DNA of 64,000 nucleotides, taken from the NCBI GenBank assembly GCA_026770705.1, contig JANJGN010000047.1:3534001-3598000 (forward strand), given 5' to 3'. Under the pieces are notes generated by a model. It had not been told where the DNA came from, did not search any database, and saw only the letters and a program-made list of their open reading frames with translations. Origin of the DNA: Isurus oxyrinchus (Eukaryota). The first letter of the stretch is position 1, and every line of letters starts with the position of its first letter. The position numbers and the translations under genes were made by a program. Positions 13,070 through 26,172 of the stretch are shown piece by piece.

Positions 13070-16000
13070 ACCTAGAATGTTAGTGGAATTTATATTTTAA
13101 AATAGAGCTCTAGTGGGGACTTATTTAATAGAAGTAAATGTGTAGAAATACATATGTAGATTTACAATCGTTCTTGCATTAATAAAGGTTTAACTTAGTT
13201 TTAAAAATCCTCTAGAAACTCAGTGGCCTTATTACTAATGAATTCAAATCCTGCATCTCAAAACATACAAATTGCAAAAATGGGTTATGACAGTTGTTTC
13301 AATTTCCCTCAGTCACTTGAATAACTCAGCCTTTACCATCGGCAGTGTCATAATAATTGGGAGCTCTTTGTGGGATACATCTGTTATCCTTGCTGTTTTG
13401 GAATTGGTGAATCTAACGTCAACGAACAGAAGAAGCGTTTTGAATTCAGGAGAGTGTGTAAAGTATTTTCGAATTGGTGAGACTGCAAAAATGGCTGTAT
13501 CCGTGGCTAAATCTTTTTTGGAAGTAGAGGATATAAGTGTGGTTGGGTTACAGACAGTATCCAAGAATAGTTTAAGAGAGTTGGCTGTTATATTCCAATT
13601 TGAGTTACCTGTAGCAGCACGGAAAGTAGCTGAAATTGAAATAATAACATGGGATTTAAAATTGGAAGGAATGCCTGAGGCACAGAGTTCTCCAAGGGGT
13701 GGGTAATTGGGATGGGCTCAAATTCAGGTGCAAATGAAACGTTTGAAATGGAAGGAAAGGAAGGAGAAAGATAATTGCCACGGAAGAACCATAAAGGCAT
13801 GGGAGAGAATGAAAGCAGAGAGTTAGAAATTGTGAACATAAAGAAGTAGGAAAGAGAGAGAGAGAGGAGCAAGCGCGCGAGAGAGAAAGAGAGATAAAAT
13901 AACAACTGACAAAGTTAGGAGATAAAACAAAAGGGACGCCGGGAGGTGAAGAAGAACTCATCTACCGAGTAGAAACCAGTGGGAGAGATGTTTAACTTTG
14001 TACAAGCTCTTCCAAAGTTTGAGGAAAAAGATCTTGAAACATTCTTTATTTCTTTTGAACAGTTAGCAAAACAGATGAAATGGCCACAGGAAACTCTTCT
14101 TGCAATCCAGGGTATGCTTAGCATACATGAGCTATAATCTTCGCTATCAGAAGAAGATACGGTGAATTATGTGTGGAAAATAAAGGCTATTTTGAGCGCA
14201 TATGAGTTGGTTCCTGAAGCATTCAGGCAGAACATTAGGACTATGAGAAAGCAGTCTGGGCAAATTTCATTGAGCTTGAGAGAGTAAAACAAAGTAACTT
14301 TGGCTGGTGGATACAGGCATTAAAAATAGAAACAACTTTTGCAGCTCTTAGAGAAGAAATTCCTTCGGAAGAATTTACAGATTCAATTTTGTACGCAGTG
14401 CGAACTCAAGTGGAGGAACAGCGGGTTGTTTTTGTACGACAAGCAGCAGATGATTATGTGTCTGTGCTTAGAGCTAAAAAATTTTCTTGTCAACTTTTTA
14501 ATCTCCGAAAGGGAGAGAAACTGGGAGGGTGAAAGGAATGTGGGCACATGGGGAAGAGAAGGTTTAGGTGTAACTTCCCAGGAAGTTTATTTCTACAAAT
14601 AAAAACGGAAGTATTGTAGGTAGAAGTGACTTTCGAAAGTTGAGGTGTTTTCACTATAATTAAGTGGAGCACACGAAGTCGGCGTGTTGGCAATTGTAGA
14701 GCAAATCATTTGGAATTATTGGGGGGCAGAAATGTTCTGGAAGTAAAAGTACTGTGGGTTATGAGGTTCAGACACAGGAAAAAGCAGTTGTTTGTGCACA
14801 AATGAATCAAGAAGAATCAGTGACACGTAAAGGACTGGGAATGTGTTCACAATTTACCCAAGCTAATTCTGATGAGCAGGTTGTAGTAATGTTTAAAGAC
14901 ACTGTGTGTGAAAGGAAAGATTTTCCATGTGTAACTGGTGGAGTAGGTAAAGATGTTAAAGTTTTAAGAGACATAGGGGCAAGTTAATCATCAATGCTGT
15001 AGGGTAGTGATACTTGCTTTTTGGAAGGGAATTACAGGAATAGGTGATATGAGTTGGGTTTATGGAAGTGCTAAGCTTATCATATAGTGGAAGGCAAATA
15101 AAAAAAATAATAAGTGGAAAGCTGGGGGAGTGACCGTTGAGATGCTGGAAAAAATGCTCATTGCAGGGATACAATTTATTCTGTGTAATGACGCAGTTGG
15201 ATCGCTAAGTGGATATTGCCTATGGCAGTTGAGCCATCTGTAAAATTATTTAAACAGAGGTGATACAAGATGAGCATTCTTGATTGTTTCCAGATTGTCT
15301 AAAAAGGAAATGACAGGCACAAAAGTTGAACAAAGGAAACAAGTTGGACAGACAGTTTAAAGGCAGGAAGAAGGTAATGAAATTCAATCAGCAGGTACTG
15401 TGTTTGATAACATTGTTCAGAAAGACACAACAGATGAAAATTCGAATGAGATGCTTAACTGAAGGCAGTTAATTGAGTTGCAGCAAAAGGATTTGCTATT
15501 AAAATAGTTATATCGGACAGATGACACGGAAATAGAAGCAACATGTATTTCACAGTGTTATTATCTTAATGGTGATATTTTAAATGAAAAAAAATGGAGA
15601 CTGAATCATGTCTCATCAAATGAGAGCTGGAAGGTGGTAAATCACATTGACATCCCATTAGGGTATATGAATGAGTTTCTGAGGATTGCTCAGGAAATGC
15701 CAATGGGGCGACATTTTGGATTAGAAAGACGCTGGCAAAAAATGTGGAGAAATATTTTTATTGTCCTGGTTAGCACTGGGATGTAGTAAAATTCTGTAGA
15801 ACATGTCACAATGTCAGGTGATAGCGAAACTACAGGCTGTGATTAAGTCGAAACCTTGAATCCCAATACCAGGATTTGAGGGACCTTTTATGAAGGTCAT
15901 GGTTAATTCTGTAGGGCCCTTATGTAAGAGTACAAGTGGGAATCAGAACTTACTGAGAGTAATGGGTGTGTCCACCAGATTTTCTGAAGCGATGTATTTA

Positions 16001-17120
16001 AAAATATTACAACAAAGTAGATTGTGGAAGGCTTAACTTTTTTTTAATGAGATATGGTTTTCCTAAGAAAATACAATCAGATCAGTGCTCAAGTGTAATG
16101 TCACTGCTGTTTATGGAAATAATTAGCATTTGTGGATAAAGCAGTTTAGGTCAACAGCTGATCGATTGGTGTCACAATGAGCTTTGGAAGGATGGCATCG
16201 AACATTAATAGCTACGATGAGAGGGTACTTTCAGAATTATCCAAGGATTAGGGTAGGGGAATTTTGTTCTTGTTTTTTTTGCTATTAGGGATGCTCCTAA
16301 TACATCGACTCGTTTTCGTCCTTTGGAACTACTTAATGGTCATGAAGTAAGGGGACCACTGAGACTTTTTTCTGAGAAATTGGTGTGCTAAAGTCCAGAA
16401 ACTACTCCCCTGAATTACCATTATCAAGTAAATGTATCGGAGAGAGCAATGGACACCAAATGGATAATATCAGTTTAGAGTTATTGCATTTGCATGAAAA
16501 ATGCACCTGTGACACTTCAAAGGCTGAAAAACAAAGGGATTGCAGGTCTAAGCAACTGTGCTGTTTAGATTGCTGACTTAATCATTTTCAGTGAGATTTG
16601 GGAGGAGCATTTGCAGCATCTGGAACAATTATTACTCGATTACGAGAAGCACATTTAGTGAGGAGGTTGCCTAAAAGTGAATGTGCAGAAGTGCAAGTTA
16701 CATACCTTGGCCGTACCATTGGACAAGAGCTTTGAGAGTGAAAGCTAACGTGGATTTCGCAGTGCCTACAACAAAAGGGGAAGTTGTAAGATTTCAGGGC
16801 ATGAGTGGGTTTTGCTGGAATTTTGCACCAAATTTTAACAGTGTGCTTGCTTCACAGTCCGAACTGTTAAAAATGAATAAAGAGTCTCAATGCACACTGG
16901 AGTGTCAGAAGATATTTGATAGTATGAAAAGTTTATTAACTACGAAAACAGTTTTTGCAGCACCCCATTACACCAAGAAATTAAAGTTGGCCGTTGACGA
17001 GAGTGATATAGGCACTGGGGCTTGACCGTTTCAGAAAGATGACACTGAAATTGAGAAATCGTGAGAGTCTTTTTTTCACTGAAGTTGAATGTGCAAAAGA
17101 GAAAATATTCAAAGTGCTTA
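13070..17120 (+). mobile_element. Degenerate Gmr1-type Ty3/gypsy LTR retrotransposon (partial 5' LTR, PBS, gag, PR, IN, RT, RNase H)
   Basis: LTR end ~13355; tRNA-Pro-like PBS tgggagctctttgtgggat 13358-13376; gag FEEKDLETFFISFEQLAKQMKWP; knuckle CFHYN*VEHTKSACW 14646-14690; protease RDIGA 14967-14981; integrase H..GxHFG..CRTCH and core 15680-16380; RT MKNAP 16494 and V*IAD 16563; RNase H KLAVDESDIGTGA ~16984. Confidence 0.9.
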
Positions 17121-18329
17121 TTTTTTGTGAGTTCACTGACAAATTATTAGGTGGTTCTGCCCGGTCTGACTGAAGTTCTTCATCAGGTTTTCTGAGGGAT
17201 TGAAGTGGCACCTCTATATATTTGGCAGTGGGTTGCTTCCTCTATTAGGAGGGAAATGTAGAACGTGAAGACATGGAACGAAAACCAGGTGCCAGAAAAC
17301 GTCTCCAAGCAAGAAGCAAATAAGAAGCATCATATGAATGTTCTATTGATTCCCGACATGTCGATCTGAATGTTGGTCAACCTGTCTGGATTGCATAGAG
17401 TTGAGGGAAGAGGTATTATGAACACTTCTGCCGTTTCGGTGTCTGAATTACTTTGCAGCAGTGCCGTTCAAACGATTGGTCACCGATATAAAAGGTTACA
17501 GCTCCTTCTCTCTTCGCAGATGTTGCCTGAACTTCTGAGTATTTCCAGCATTATCTTGATGTTATCTGGATTATACAATATTAAAATGAGGTAATGCAAC
17601 TTCCCCTAACTTTTGATAACATTGCAGCAACATACTGGTATACATATCATAGCATTGGATTACAATGCTTGCTTGCATGTTGTCACCGTGGAAAGCGCCA
17701 GGCTATTAAGCTGAAGACCCCAAATCTGAATCTCAGCACTGTCTCTGTCTGTTTCTGCAATGTATGGCTTTAAGTTAATGCGGCAAAGAAGTGGCAATTT
17801 TCAAGGCCGGAGGGAAATGATCACGTGTGCTTATAATGAAGCACGATTGGATAAATGTCTTCTATGAAGAAAACGTGGACCATAGTGCTAACATCTCGCG
17901 ACCTCTTCAGAATATCCCAATGGGATTTGAGACGTTCCGGGAATGAGGACAGCTTCGACATTTTTTATTTCTTATCGTTGTCACAAAGGCTTTCGAAGTC
18001 GCCAATTTTAGTTATCTCTCCAGCATAAGCTGAAACTTGTCTGACATGTTGACCTTTGCAGGAACAGTTGAGGGCTGAGTAGTTGAGAACAGTCTCTTTG
18101 CTGTGACATTCCCTGTCGCAGTTTTAATTACCAGCAAATGCACTATGAATCGGGACTGGATTCATTTCCTGTACTGAAATCGTAAAATCTGATGATCTGA
18201 GTTCCAGTGTCACGAATGGAATCAATGCCCAATATTATTTAATGATTAATACTCCACCCATTTTAAAACGACAGAATTATTCAGGCATGTGCTGGCGACG
18301 GCCTGACAAGAATGGATGCTCATTTTAGC

Positions 18330-18950
18330 AAATAACAACGTTCATTGATATCACACTGTTCACTTAATAAAACATCTCCGTGGGGATTAACAGGAACCAG
18401 GTAAGGATTCTCAGCCAGGTAATTAAAGCAGTAGGACGAGTGAACAAACATTAGTTCTAAGGACGATTGTGAAGGAGGAGAGAGATTTTGGGAGTGGACT
18501 CCAAATTGTAGATCCTAGAGATTTGAAATCACGTCCAACAGTGGTGAAGGGAAGGAATTATGGAGTGAAAAAGGCGCCAGAATATGAGGGATATAGAATT
18601 TTCAGAAGCTTGCAGAGAAGGAGATCACAGGTGTTGGCAAGGACAAGGCCATGGATGGATTTGAATACGGGAATGGGAACCATAAAATTGAAACGTTGTT
18701 AGACCGAAAGTAAGCTTTCAACGATCACTAGTGTTTTGTGAAAGTGACGCAGTGCCAGTTACATTCTGAGAATTAGGACTTTCCCTGATACAGCATTTTG
18801 GGACAATGGGTGGAGGAAGGCCGGAAGGGTAATATTTTATAAGCAAAGCCTGGAGTTGACATAAGCATGGAGGGTGAGGTTAGCAGCAGAAAGGGCCGAG
18901 CTGTGTGACATAATGTAATCTATGCGATCGAGACGATATATGGTCAGGCG
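18330..18950 (-). mobile_element. L2-type LINE 3' fragment
   Basis: Reverse strand TLHAYVNSRL-like ORF2 C-terminus; aataacaac tail at the left end. Confidence 0.65.
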
Positions 18951-19016
18951 CTGACGTTATGCTCATATCCTCCATATGACGTCTTCTGTGACTTTGACAA
19001 GCACTTATTCAGTGTT

Positions 19017-19414
19017 AAACAAAAACAGAATTACCTGGAAAAGCTCAGCAGGTCTGGCAGCATCGGCGGAGAAGAAAAGAGTTGACGTTTCGAGTCCTCA
19101 TGACCCTTCGACAGAACTTGATTTCGAGTCCAAGAAAGAGTTGAAATATAAGCTGGTTTAAGGTGTGTGTGTGGGGGGGCGGAGAGATAGAGAGAGAGAG
19201 ACAGGTGGTTGTGTAGACAAACAAGCAGTGATAGCAGTGACGGAAATCTTGTCGCAGAGAGGAACAGAACTTCTTCAAGGAGGTAGGCATTTCTGGAAGA
19301 GCAGTGGCAGTCAATTAAACACAGAGATAAAAACAAAAAAAACTGCGGATGCTGGAAATCCAAAACAAAAACAGAATTACCTGGAAAAACTCAGCAGGTC
19401 TGGCAGCATAGGCG
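19017..19414 (-). mobile_element. Internally deleted Penelope-like element with direct terminal repeats (pseudo-LTR) and 8-bp TSD
   Basis: 47-bp direct repeat at 19017-19063 and 19363-19409; TSD tcagtgtt at 19009-19016 and 19415-19422; putative ORF start MPTSLKKFCSSLRQDF; hammerhead-like motif. Confidence 0.75.
19080..19118 (-). ncRNA. Minimal type-I hammerhead-ribozyme-like motif (core variant)
   Basis: AGUU-CUGUCGA-A-GGGUC-AUGAG-GACUC-GAAAC-GUC-AACU: stem I, stem II, GAAAC/GUH core; CUGUCGA deviates from CUGANGA. Confidence 0.5.
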
Positions 19415-20999
19415 TCAGTGTTGTCGCACTGGGTTCCATTGTGAAGTTTGACTTTTGGAGATTCTCAACATGAAAGAGGGCATGGCAGAATGTTGCTTAA
19501 AGTAAGCAGCTAATGACAGGCCATTCAAAAACAGCATATGTTATATCGCTATTGAAGCGTAAATGTTTTAATCATGTACTTGAGCAATGAAATCAATGTT
19601 TCTCTTACTGAGAACCCACTCCGTGCAATTATGTTTAAAATATGTTTAATCGGTAGAAATTGCTGAGGCAGGCAATGATTTTTTATTGCGGCGGAGGCGG
19701 GATTGTGGGTGGGGGAATGGCGTGGGCGGATATAAACCTTGCATTCTCCACCATCTGAAATAATACGACCACAATTCTACACAGTGCTGTCGATCCCTCC
19801 GTGTAGTAATCCATTTAATTCTGCATTATATAATTCTGTAATGGTTACATTTCAATACCATATAATGCGAATTTAATTTGTTTTTTCCTATTCCATGTTG
19901 ATAGTTTTCCTTATTGAACCAACTGGTTTTCCCATCGGCCAAAAATATTATACCGTTAACTTTTTGTCTAATAGACTGTTTTAATATTGATCAATATAAT
20001 TGAAATTCTACCAAATCTTGAGGTATATATCTTGCTGTTCCCCTGTGTCATTGCTACTAGTAATGTTTCCTGAATTTTATGAATCAGCGTGCAATAGCAC
20101 AGCTTGAAATACATTTAATTTCACTTCATCCTGAAACTGACCCTGACTGCAAGGTCAGTATTGGCCCGTTAGCCACGTGTTGCTTCAAATTGACGTATTC
20201 TTCGCTGCTCAGCAGGTAGTGGTTAATGATACAATATTAGGAGAAAACAACACGATTCAATATGGACAAACTTCATTAATTCTAATTGAGAAGGTCTTCC
20301 AGTCTACACCATCTGTTGGAAAGCATTCCGGCAATTTCCGGTTATCTATTCCGGAGGGGTGGGCCTGCAGATCTTTAAATGGAACCTCTTCAGTACGGTT
20401 CCTGTAATTTGAGCAGCTGCGACATGTAAAATTCATTCTTCTCTGTTGCAGGTGCAAGGAGAAAAGCATCTTTTGCTGAAAGTATTAATTAGCTGGTTTA
20501 ACTGCAGTCGCTTCGCCTTCACTGGATTATCAATTTATATATGATTGATATAGTTTGCTGAGTTGGACACAGGTGATTTAACGTAAAAAGGGAGGGAAGA
20601 AGCACATTCCTTCCACGATTTGAAGAGTCAGGAACGAATGGCCACAATTGAGATGATGTAAGGAATATTAAACTAACAGAATAACCAATCCCTTTACCCA
20701 GTGAGTTCTGAGGCTGTGAAACTTAGGGAGGCGGATGTTATACCTCAGATCTTCCAGACAGCTGTAACGATGGGCAATTGCCTCTGCCTGTGACGTTTCC
20801 TGATCCCCGATAATACGACGCATTTTCTGGCATGACTTCTGATCCCAGCTGAATCTACAGTGGCCGAGTGCGAATTCTCGAGGGCAGGTCCAATGAGCAA
20901 AATAAAAGGTTTGCATAAGAGGGGACATAAACTCATTTTTACAACACAGGCTGCCATATTCAGATAAGTTTTTTTTTATATCTCAAGTATTTAAAGGAA

Positions 21000-22530
21000 T
21001 GCATGTGAGTTATTGACTGTATGCGTGAGTGCATCAATGGGTGACTGGCTGGGTGTGTGATTACATTGTGGGGTCGAACGTATAAATGGGTGGGCTGGGC
21101 AGTTGGATAGGTTGGGCAGTCGGGACAGGGGTATAGTAAGGACGGCTGGGCAATCCTGCCGTTGGTGTGGTCGGGCTCGGTAGGCAGTCAGGTCCAGAAG
21201 CCAAGTGGGAAACCCAGTAGCTTCAGCTGTAAGTGAGTCCTGATACAGAAGGTATTTCAATTGAACTCTAGCTTCAGTCTCACCATGTTGAATACATTCC
21301 ACCAGTTCTTATGAAGTCACAAAATTAAACTGTGCTTGCGCCTCTGAAGGAGGAATAAACACTTCACAGTTCACAGGCCGTTTGACCCAACCCACCGAGA
21401 AATGCAGAAAGGTAATGACAATCTTGATTCAGATTATCCCGTCCTCCGAGCTGAATTGTTAAATCAACACTTGGGGAGCAGCAACTCAGATGTCAGTTTG
21501 TCTGGGCAGTCGGGTGGGTGGTAGGTGGTCGGATCGTGGCTAACTCAGGTTTGTTGCACTGTTGGGTCTGGGGGTAATCAGGCTGGGAGTGGGTAGTCAG
21601 GCTGGGAGTGGGTAGTTGGGTGAAAGATGGGTAGTTAATTGGATAGGATAATCAGTTAGGTCTGGTGAGCAGTCAGGTCACGCAGGTGGATAATGAAGTT
21701 GGGTGGACTGTCAGGTCGTGTAGTTAGGTACTCAGTTTGGGTGAGTAGTTGGGTCATGTAATTGGTTAAAGGGGCTGGGTGGGCGTTCTGATCTGTCATT
21801 GTGTATTGAGGTTGAGTAGGCAGTTGGGGCGCGAAGTGTTTAATCAGGTTGGGTGAGCATTCGGGTGGGGTAGGCAGTCCGATCGGGAATATTCACAATG
21901 GATCACTTGGGCCGTTGAGTCATTTGGGTAGTCAGGTTAGAGGACTAGTTGAGTAGGGGAGTGTAGTCGCGTTGGCAGACAGTCAGTTGGAGAAAGGATG
22001 GTCCGGTCCTGAGGAGGGGGTGGTTGGGAGTCTAGTTCGGAGGTGGAGAGATGAGTTGGAATGGGTAGTCGGAGCGGAGAGTCATCAGTCAGGCGAGGTG
22101 GGCAATTGAATTGATGAGCCATTGCGTCCGGTGGGCAGTCGGATCGGTTAGGCTGTGAGGGTTGGGGAACTATTCAGGATTTTTGGGGGTGGGGTGTGGG
22201 CATGTTGAGCTGGAGTGTTGGATGTAGTGTTCAGTTGATTTATGCAGGTTAATCTCTGAGTTAGACCGCGTTTTAACCAGCATAACTTTTGCAGCGTAAA
22301 TATGAAACAGGTCCCGTGTATCCGACCCAAAGCTCTCACACTGAGCTCAGTGTAAGATACATTGACAGAGCGCCCAGGACATCGTAAATCAACCAGTCAG
22401 GAATTTAAACTTCCGAGGGAAGTTCAGCGCATGCGCACGTATCAGGACGTCCTCAGGGTTCCCGATTCACAACAACAGCTTATATTAACTGCTGTGGGCA
22501 TTGGAAGTTTTGGGATCTTAGCTGTTCAGT
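21000..22530. mobile_element. G-rich low-complexity interspersed repeat(s), probably non-autonomous DNA elements
   Basis: Reiterated gggcagtcgg/gggtagtcagg motifs with a more complex right end; no ORF; family not assigned. Confidence 0.4.
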
Positions 22531-22800
22531 AAACTGGCCCTTCTCATTGCAGTTGCTGCCGCTCAAGGTAGTGAAGGCCAGCACAGAGAGGTTTTACTCC
22601 ACTGCTGGAACATGTTAATGACGGTTCACTCTGTACCCTGAGTGACAAATGCACCGCTATTGGAAGAAACAATTATAACCCCCATGGAAATTCAGCAGGC
22701 ATAAAACCCATGACACAAAGTGGAGCAATGTTTTCTGATACCTTTAAAAAAAAGTGGCAGCAGAAAGACCAACATTAAAAACTGGAGCATTAGCTACAAT

Positions 22801-23738
22801 TTAAATACAGTTAGAACAGGAAGACTTGGTTTCATTTTGCATTTTGTTTATCAGTATCAGAATTTTTGTCCAAGAAGATTTCAGTATCTTCTTCAGCTCT
22901 TCCCTGAACTTACTTTGTGTAGCTGCATAAATAAACGTGTTTGTGCAGGAACTCAAATACATGAGCTTTTGTCCAGTTTGAGTGGCGATGTATGCAGGAG
23001 CTGTATAATCCGGTCGTACATGAATGAACATACCACTGACTAACGAACAAACGACTGATGTCAGCCACAACAGTATATAAGTAAACGATACAGTGAACAG
23101 TAAGATAATCGATTTCCTTCGGTCCTGTATTTCTGGATCAGTCTGATTCTCACTGCTGTGACCCCGAATCTCCTTACGGGTTCGACTGGCTACTAAAATC
23201 CGTCTGACTGTCAAACAATTACACAGTAATATCAAAGTGAAAGGAATCTCATTCAGCAAAATACTTTGCAGGCAAGTAAATGTTACACCAAAAGGAGACC
23301 TATAAAAATCCAGGCTGGGTTGGAAACCCCAATGAGCATTGTTAATTATTTGCTTAGGTTCAAATGCAAACCAAAAAGGGATGTTCACTAAATATAAGAG
23401 GACAGAAATGGCTGTTAGAACTGCAGCCGCAGTTCTCACTGTGTAATACCTTGTTCTAAACTAGTGACTACAAATAGATACATGCCGGTCAAATGTGAAG
23501 CAGACTGTATATCACACCGTTAAATACAGGTTCACATTATTTGTGTATATTATGAACTTGCAAATAGATGTATAGGACAGGATAATATTTGGAAAACGCT
23601 TACGCAGGATTTTATAGACGAGAGCATTGTTGAGCATAACTAGCAAATCGGCTGTTGCCATGGACACCAGAAAGAAAGAAATACATTTTGAAAGGCCACA
23701 ATTTCCTCTGCAGAGAATCACGATTGTGATCAGGTTCG
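22801..23738 (-). pseudogene. GPR139/GPR142-like GPCR copy B, exon 2 (two nonsense codons)
   Basis: Acceptor ttttccccacag|CG AAC; NCGLSKC, MATADLL, V*YTVCFTFDRH, CSH*FRTRY, DPEIQDRRKSIILLF, SSCTNTFIY. TGA 23512-23514 and TAG 23461-23463; no frameshift. Confidence 0.9.
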
Positions 23739-23999
23739 CTGTGGGGAAAAGAAAGAGAAAGTAGGTAACATGGACACTCAGATACGTTCCACTGATAATT
23801 ATAGGAGATGTCACTGTGCATTTTTGCCTCGCATTATATACAGGCATTCGATTTACAACATTGGACAATGTTGATGAAATTCTTAAAATAAATAAAGGAA
23901 TATGCACTGTACTGTGATTATTTTGAAGGGCAGTATTTTTGATATTACCACGAGCTGAAGCAGAGACTGGAACCAGATTTCTGGGGTGGGGTGGGGGGA

Positions 24000-24800
24000 T
24001 CTCCACATTGGTCACGAGCCTTCTGAGAAATCAACCTGTGCATGTAATTGGTAAGAGAATGGAAACGGATTGGGAGCATAAACAGGTTGGAGCTAGGATT
24101 TCAGTCTGTGATCGGAACAAGCAGGTGTCTAAAAAATTCTTTTCTTTTTTCAGCAGAAGCGTCTCAGGCCCAGGGGCTCTTGCTGAAGCTGTGTGGGGGA
24201 GGAATCTTGAAAGAGTGAAACCTGAGAAACCTGTGGTCCACCCAGGCACGCTGAAGAGCTGGGAGATGTTCGTCTGTTATTTTAACCAGACCTGATCATA
24301 CTGTGTACCAGAGCGCTATTGAATGGTGAGTGACAGTGCCTCTGGTAAAACTCCACCATCAGGAGTGTTGTGACGTGAGTGAAAGAGGCTCCACAGAAGT
24401 AGGCCTTGTTGATGATAATCATATCTGTGGACCTGGGATGGTGTCAACTGGCTGTTGGAGGCCACTTGGGAAACAGACCCTGCGTGAAGAAGAGTAGCTG
24501 AGCACTGCTGAAGCAGGATGGATCTTTGAGAGACATTGGCACTGAATACAGGGCCAAATACGTGCTGAGTGCTAGCTGAGAAATCCTTGAGACTTACCAT
24601 TGTTGTATCAACTAAATAAACTATAATCAATACTTTCTACTGAATGCAATTAGCAGTTAATTATATATTTTTGCCTTTGATTTGATTTTTAAAGGAAAAG
24701 TTTTAAATAGTGAAATCTTCTCCATTGTTTCCTTCCATCAGTATCCTTTAGGAAGTTGGGCTATTTCAGGCAATTGATCCTCAAGTGGTCAGTAATACTA
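24000..24800 (+). mobile_element. Possible solo LTR in the copy B intron
   Basis: LTR-like composition, AATAAA ~24615 and a ...tcagtaata end resembling the other gypsy LTR ends here. Confidence 0.35.
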
Positions 24801-25953
24801 TGTATAGCGAGTGAAACTCTGCCTTATTCCCGGTAAATTGCAGTCTGCTGTTTTCATGGTGCTGAGAGAAGGGTCACTCGAATTCAATCTGGAGAATGGT
24901 ACCGGAGTGTTGCCCCAGGCTGCTCCAACTGCCACCTAGTCTGATTCATTGATGCTCAACTGGGGCTAATGTAGGCTTCTGATAATAGTATATAACTGGC
25001 AAAATCAGATCAACCGTCCATCATACATATCTCCCGATTCCCTTTAAAAGTCCATCGTCCCTGGCATTGGATTGCAGCTTAATTTACATTTAAACTGGAC
25101 AGTGCAAGTTCCCCGTGAGTACCTTAGAGACGCGGTCCCGTTACAGAAACAAAGTTTTGTAAAGGGAAAATGGGATATTTCTATAACCTGTATTTAAAAG
25201 GACAAATAATAAAGATGTTTCCTGGCATACAAACTTCCTGTCATCAGGCCGTTACCGTGTGATACACCATGTGAATTTGATAACTTGCCGCTGGGGATCC
25301 ACTCCAAGTTACATTAAATATAATTTTACTGCTGGCTCCTCCTGATAATTTGGAGATGGGAATCTCGGGAATGCTTCAGATGCCGGCGGTACTCAGGAAC
25401 ATTTCCAATCCCTTACAGGAAGCAAGAAATTCAAATAAAACTTTACGTTGGAAAAATATCTATGCAATTTAATTCAAAACATTGCGCTTTGCCTATTTAT
25501 AATCGCTCTGAAGGAGCCGCTCAGGAACTAAACAGGAACCGATGGAGTCACAAAGAGGGAGGAAGGAGGAGCAGCTTCCTGATCCTCAAAATATCTTCCC
25601 GTCCCCTGCTGGACAGAGGACGCTGCAGTGCTAGGAATTATCACTGTAAAGTAGACAATGGACAACATGAAATATGAGATTGTTACCATGGACACTAAGC
25701 AACACATTATATAATTATGTATGAACTGTTAACTGGCGGGATTTCAAACTCCCTCTCCTTCAATATGAGGAAGCTCCAGGTGCCCACAAACTATTGAGCA
25801 GAACTGCCGGGCCCTGTAAACAGCTGTAATTCCCATTTATATTCAGCAATTCATCCCGCTAGAAATATGACTGGGCAATGAGACATTCGCACAATCAGCC
25901 ACATAATCGCTAGCAGTGAAATACTCAACAGCTGCCAGGCAACAATGACTTAC

Positions 25954-26023
25954 CGGGAATACCAAAGGCTGCGAGAATTGGGTAGTAAATTTCCGTTACT
26001 TGTAGAATCGTTGACCGGATCAT
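25954..26023 (-). pseudogene. GPCR copy B, exon 1
   Basis: MIRSTILQVTEIYYPILAAFGIP + G|GTAAGT; 70 nt; phase 1. Confidence 0.9.
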
Positions 26024-26092
26024 TTTTGTGGAAGAATGCGATAGATCACTTAGCTTTCTGAATTGCATTGAAGATCCCTAACTGCTTCCCCC

Positions 26093-26172
26093 TTTATAGG
26101 CCAATTCGTGTCCCGATGAGGGAATCAGCTTACACAATAATTCGTGTTAGTTATGGTCTCTTAACAAACAAG
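26093..26172 (-). promoter_or_regulatory. Proximal promoter of GPCR copy B
   Basis: TTGTTTGTT 26171-26163, TAACTAA 26153-26147, TTGTGTAA 26137-26130, TCCC-N5-GGGA 26123-26111, TATAAA 26098-26093. Confidence 0.6.

Noticed and set aside
17150-17195. CTGATGA on the minus strand as a hammerhead core
   Set aside because: No stem II followed by GAAA
17675-17750. Faint tRNA-like sequence (also 31425-31482 on the minus strand)
   Set aside because: Too degenerate to assign or fold
23739-24015. N-terminal extension of ORF 23512-24015 (likewise 3201-3261)
   Set aside because: Intron read-through upstream of clear acceptors; the true first exons were found at 25954-26023 and 8349-8418
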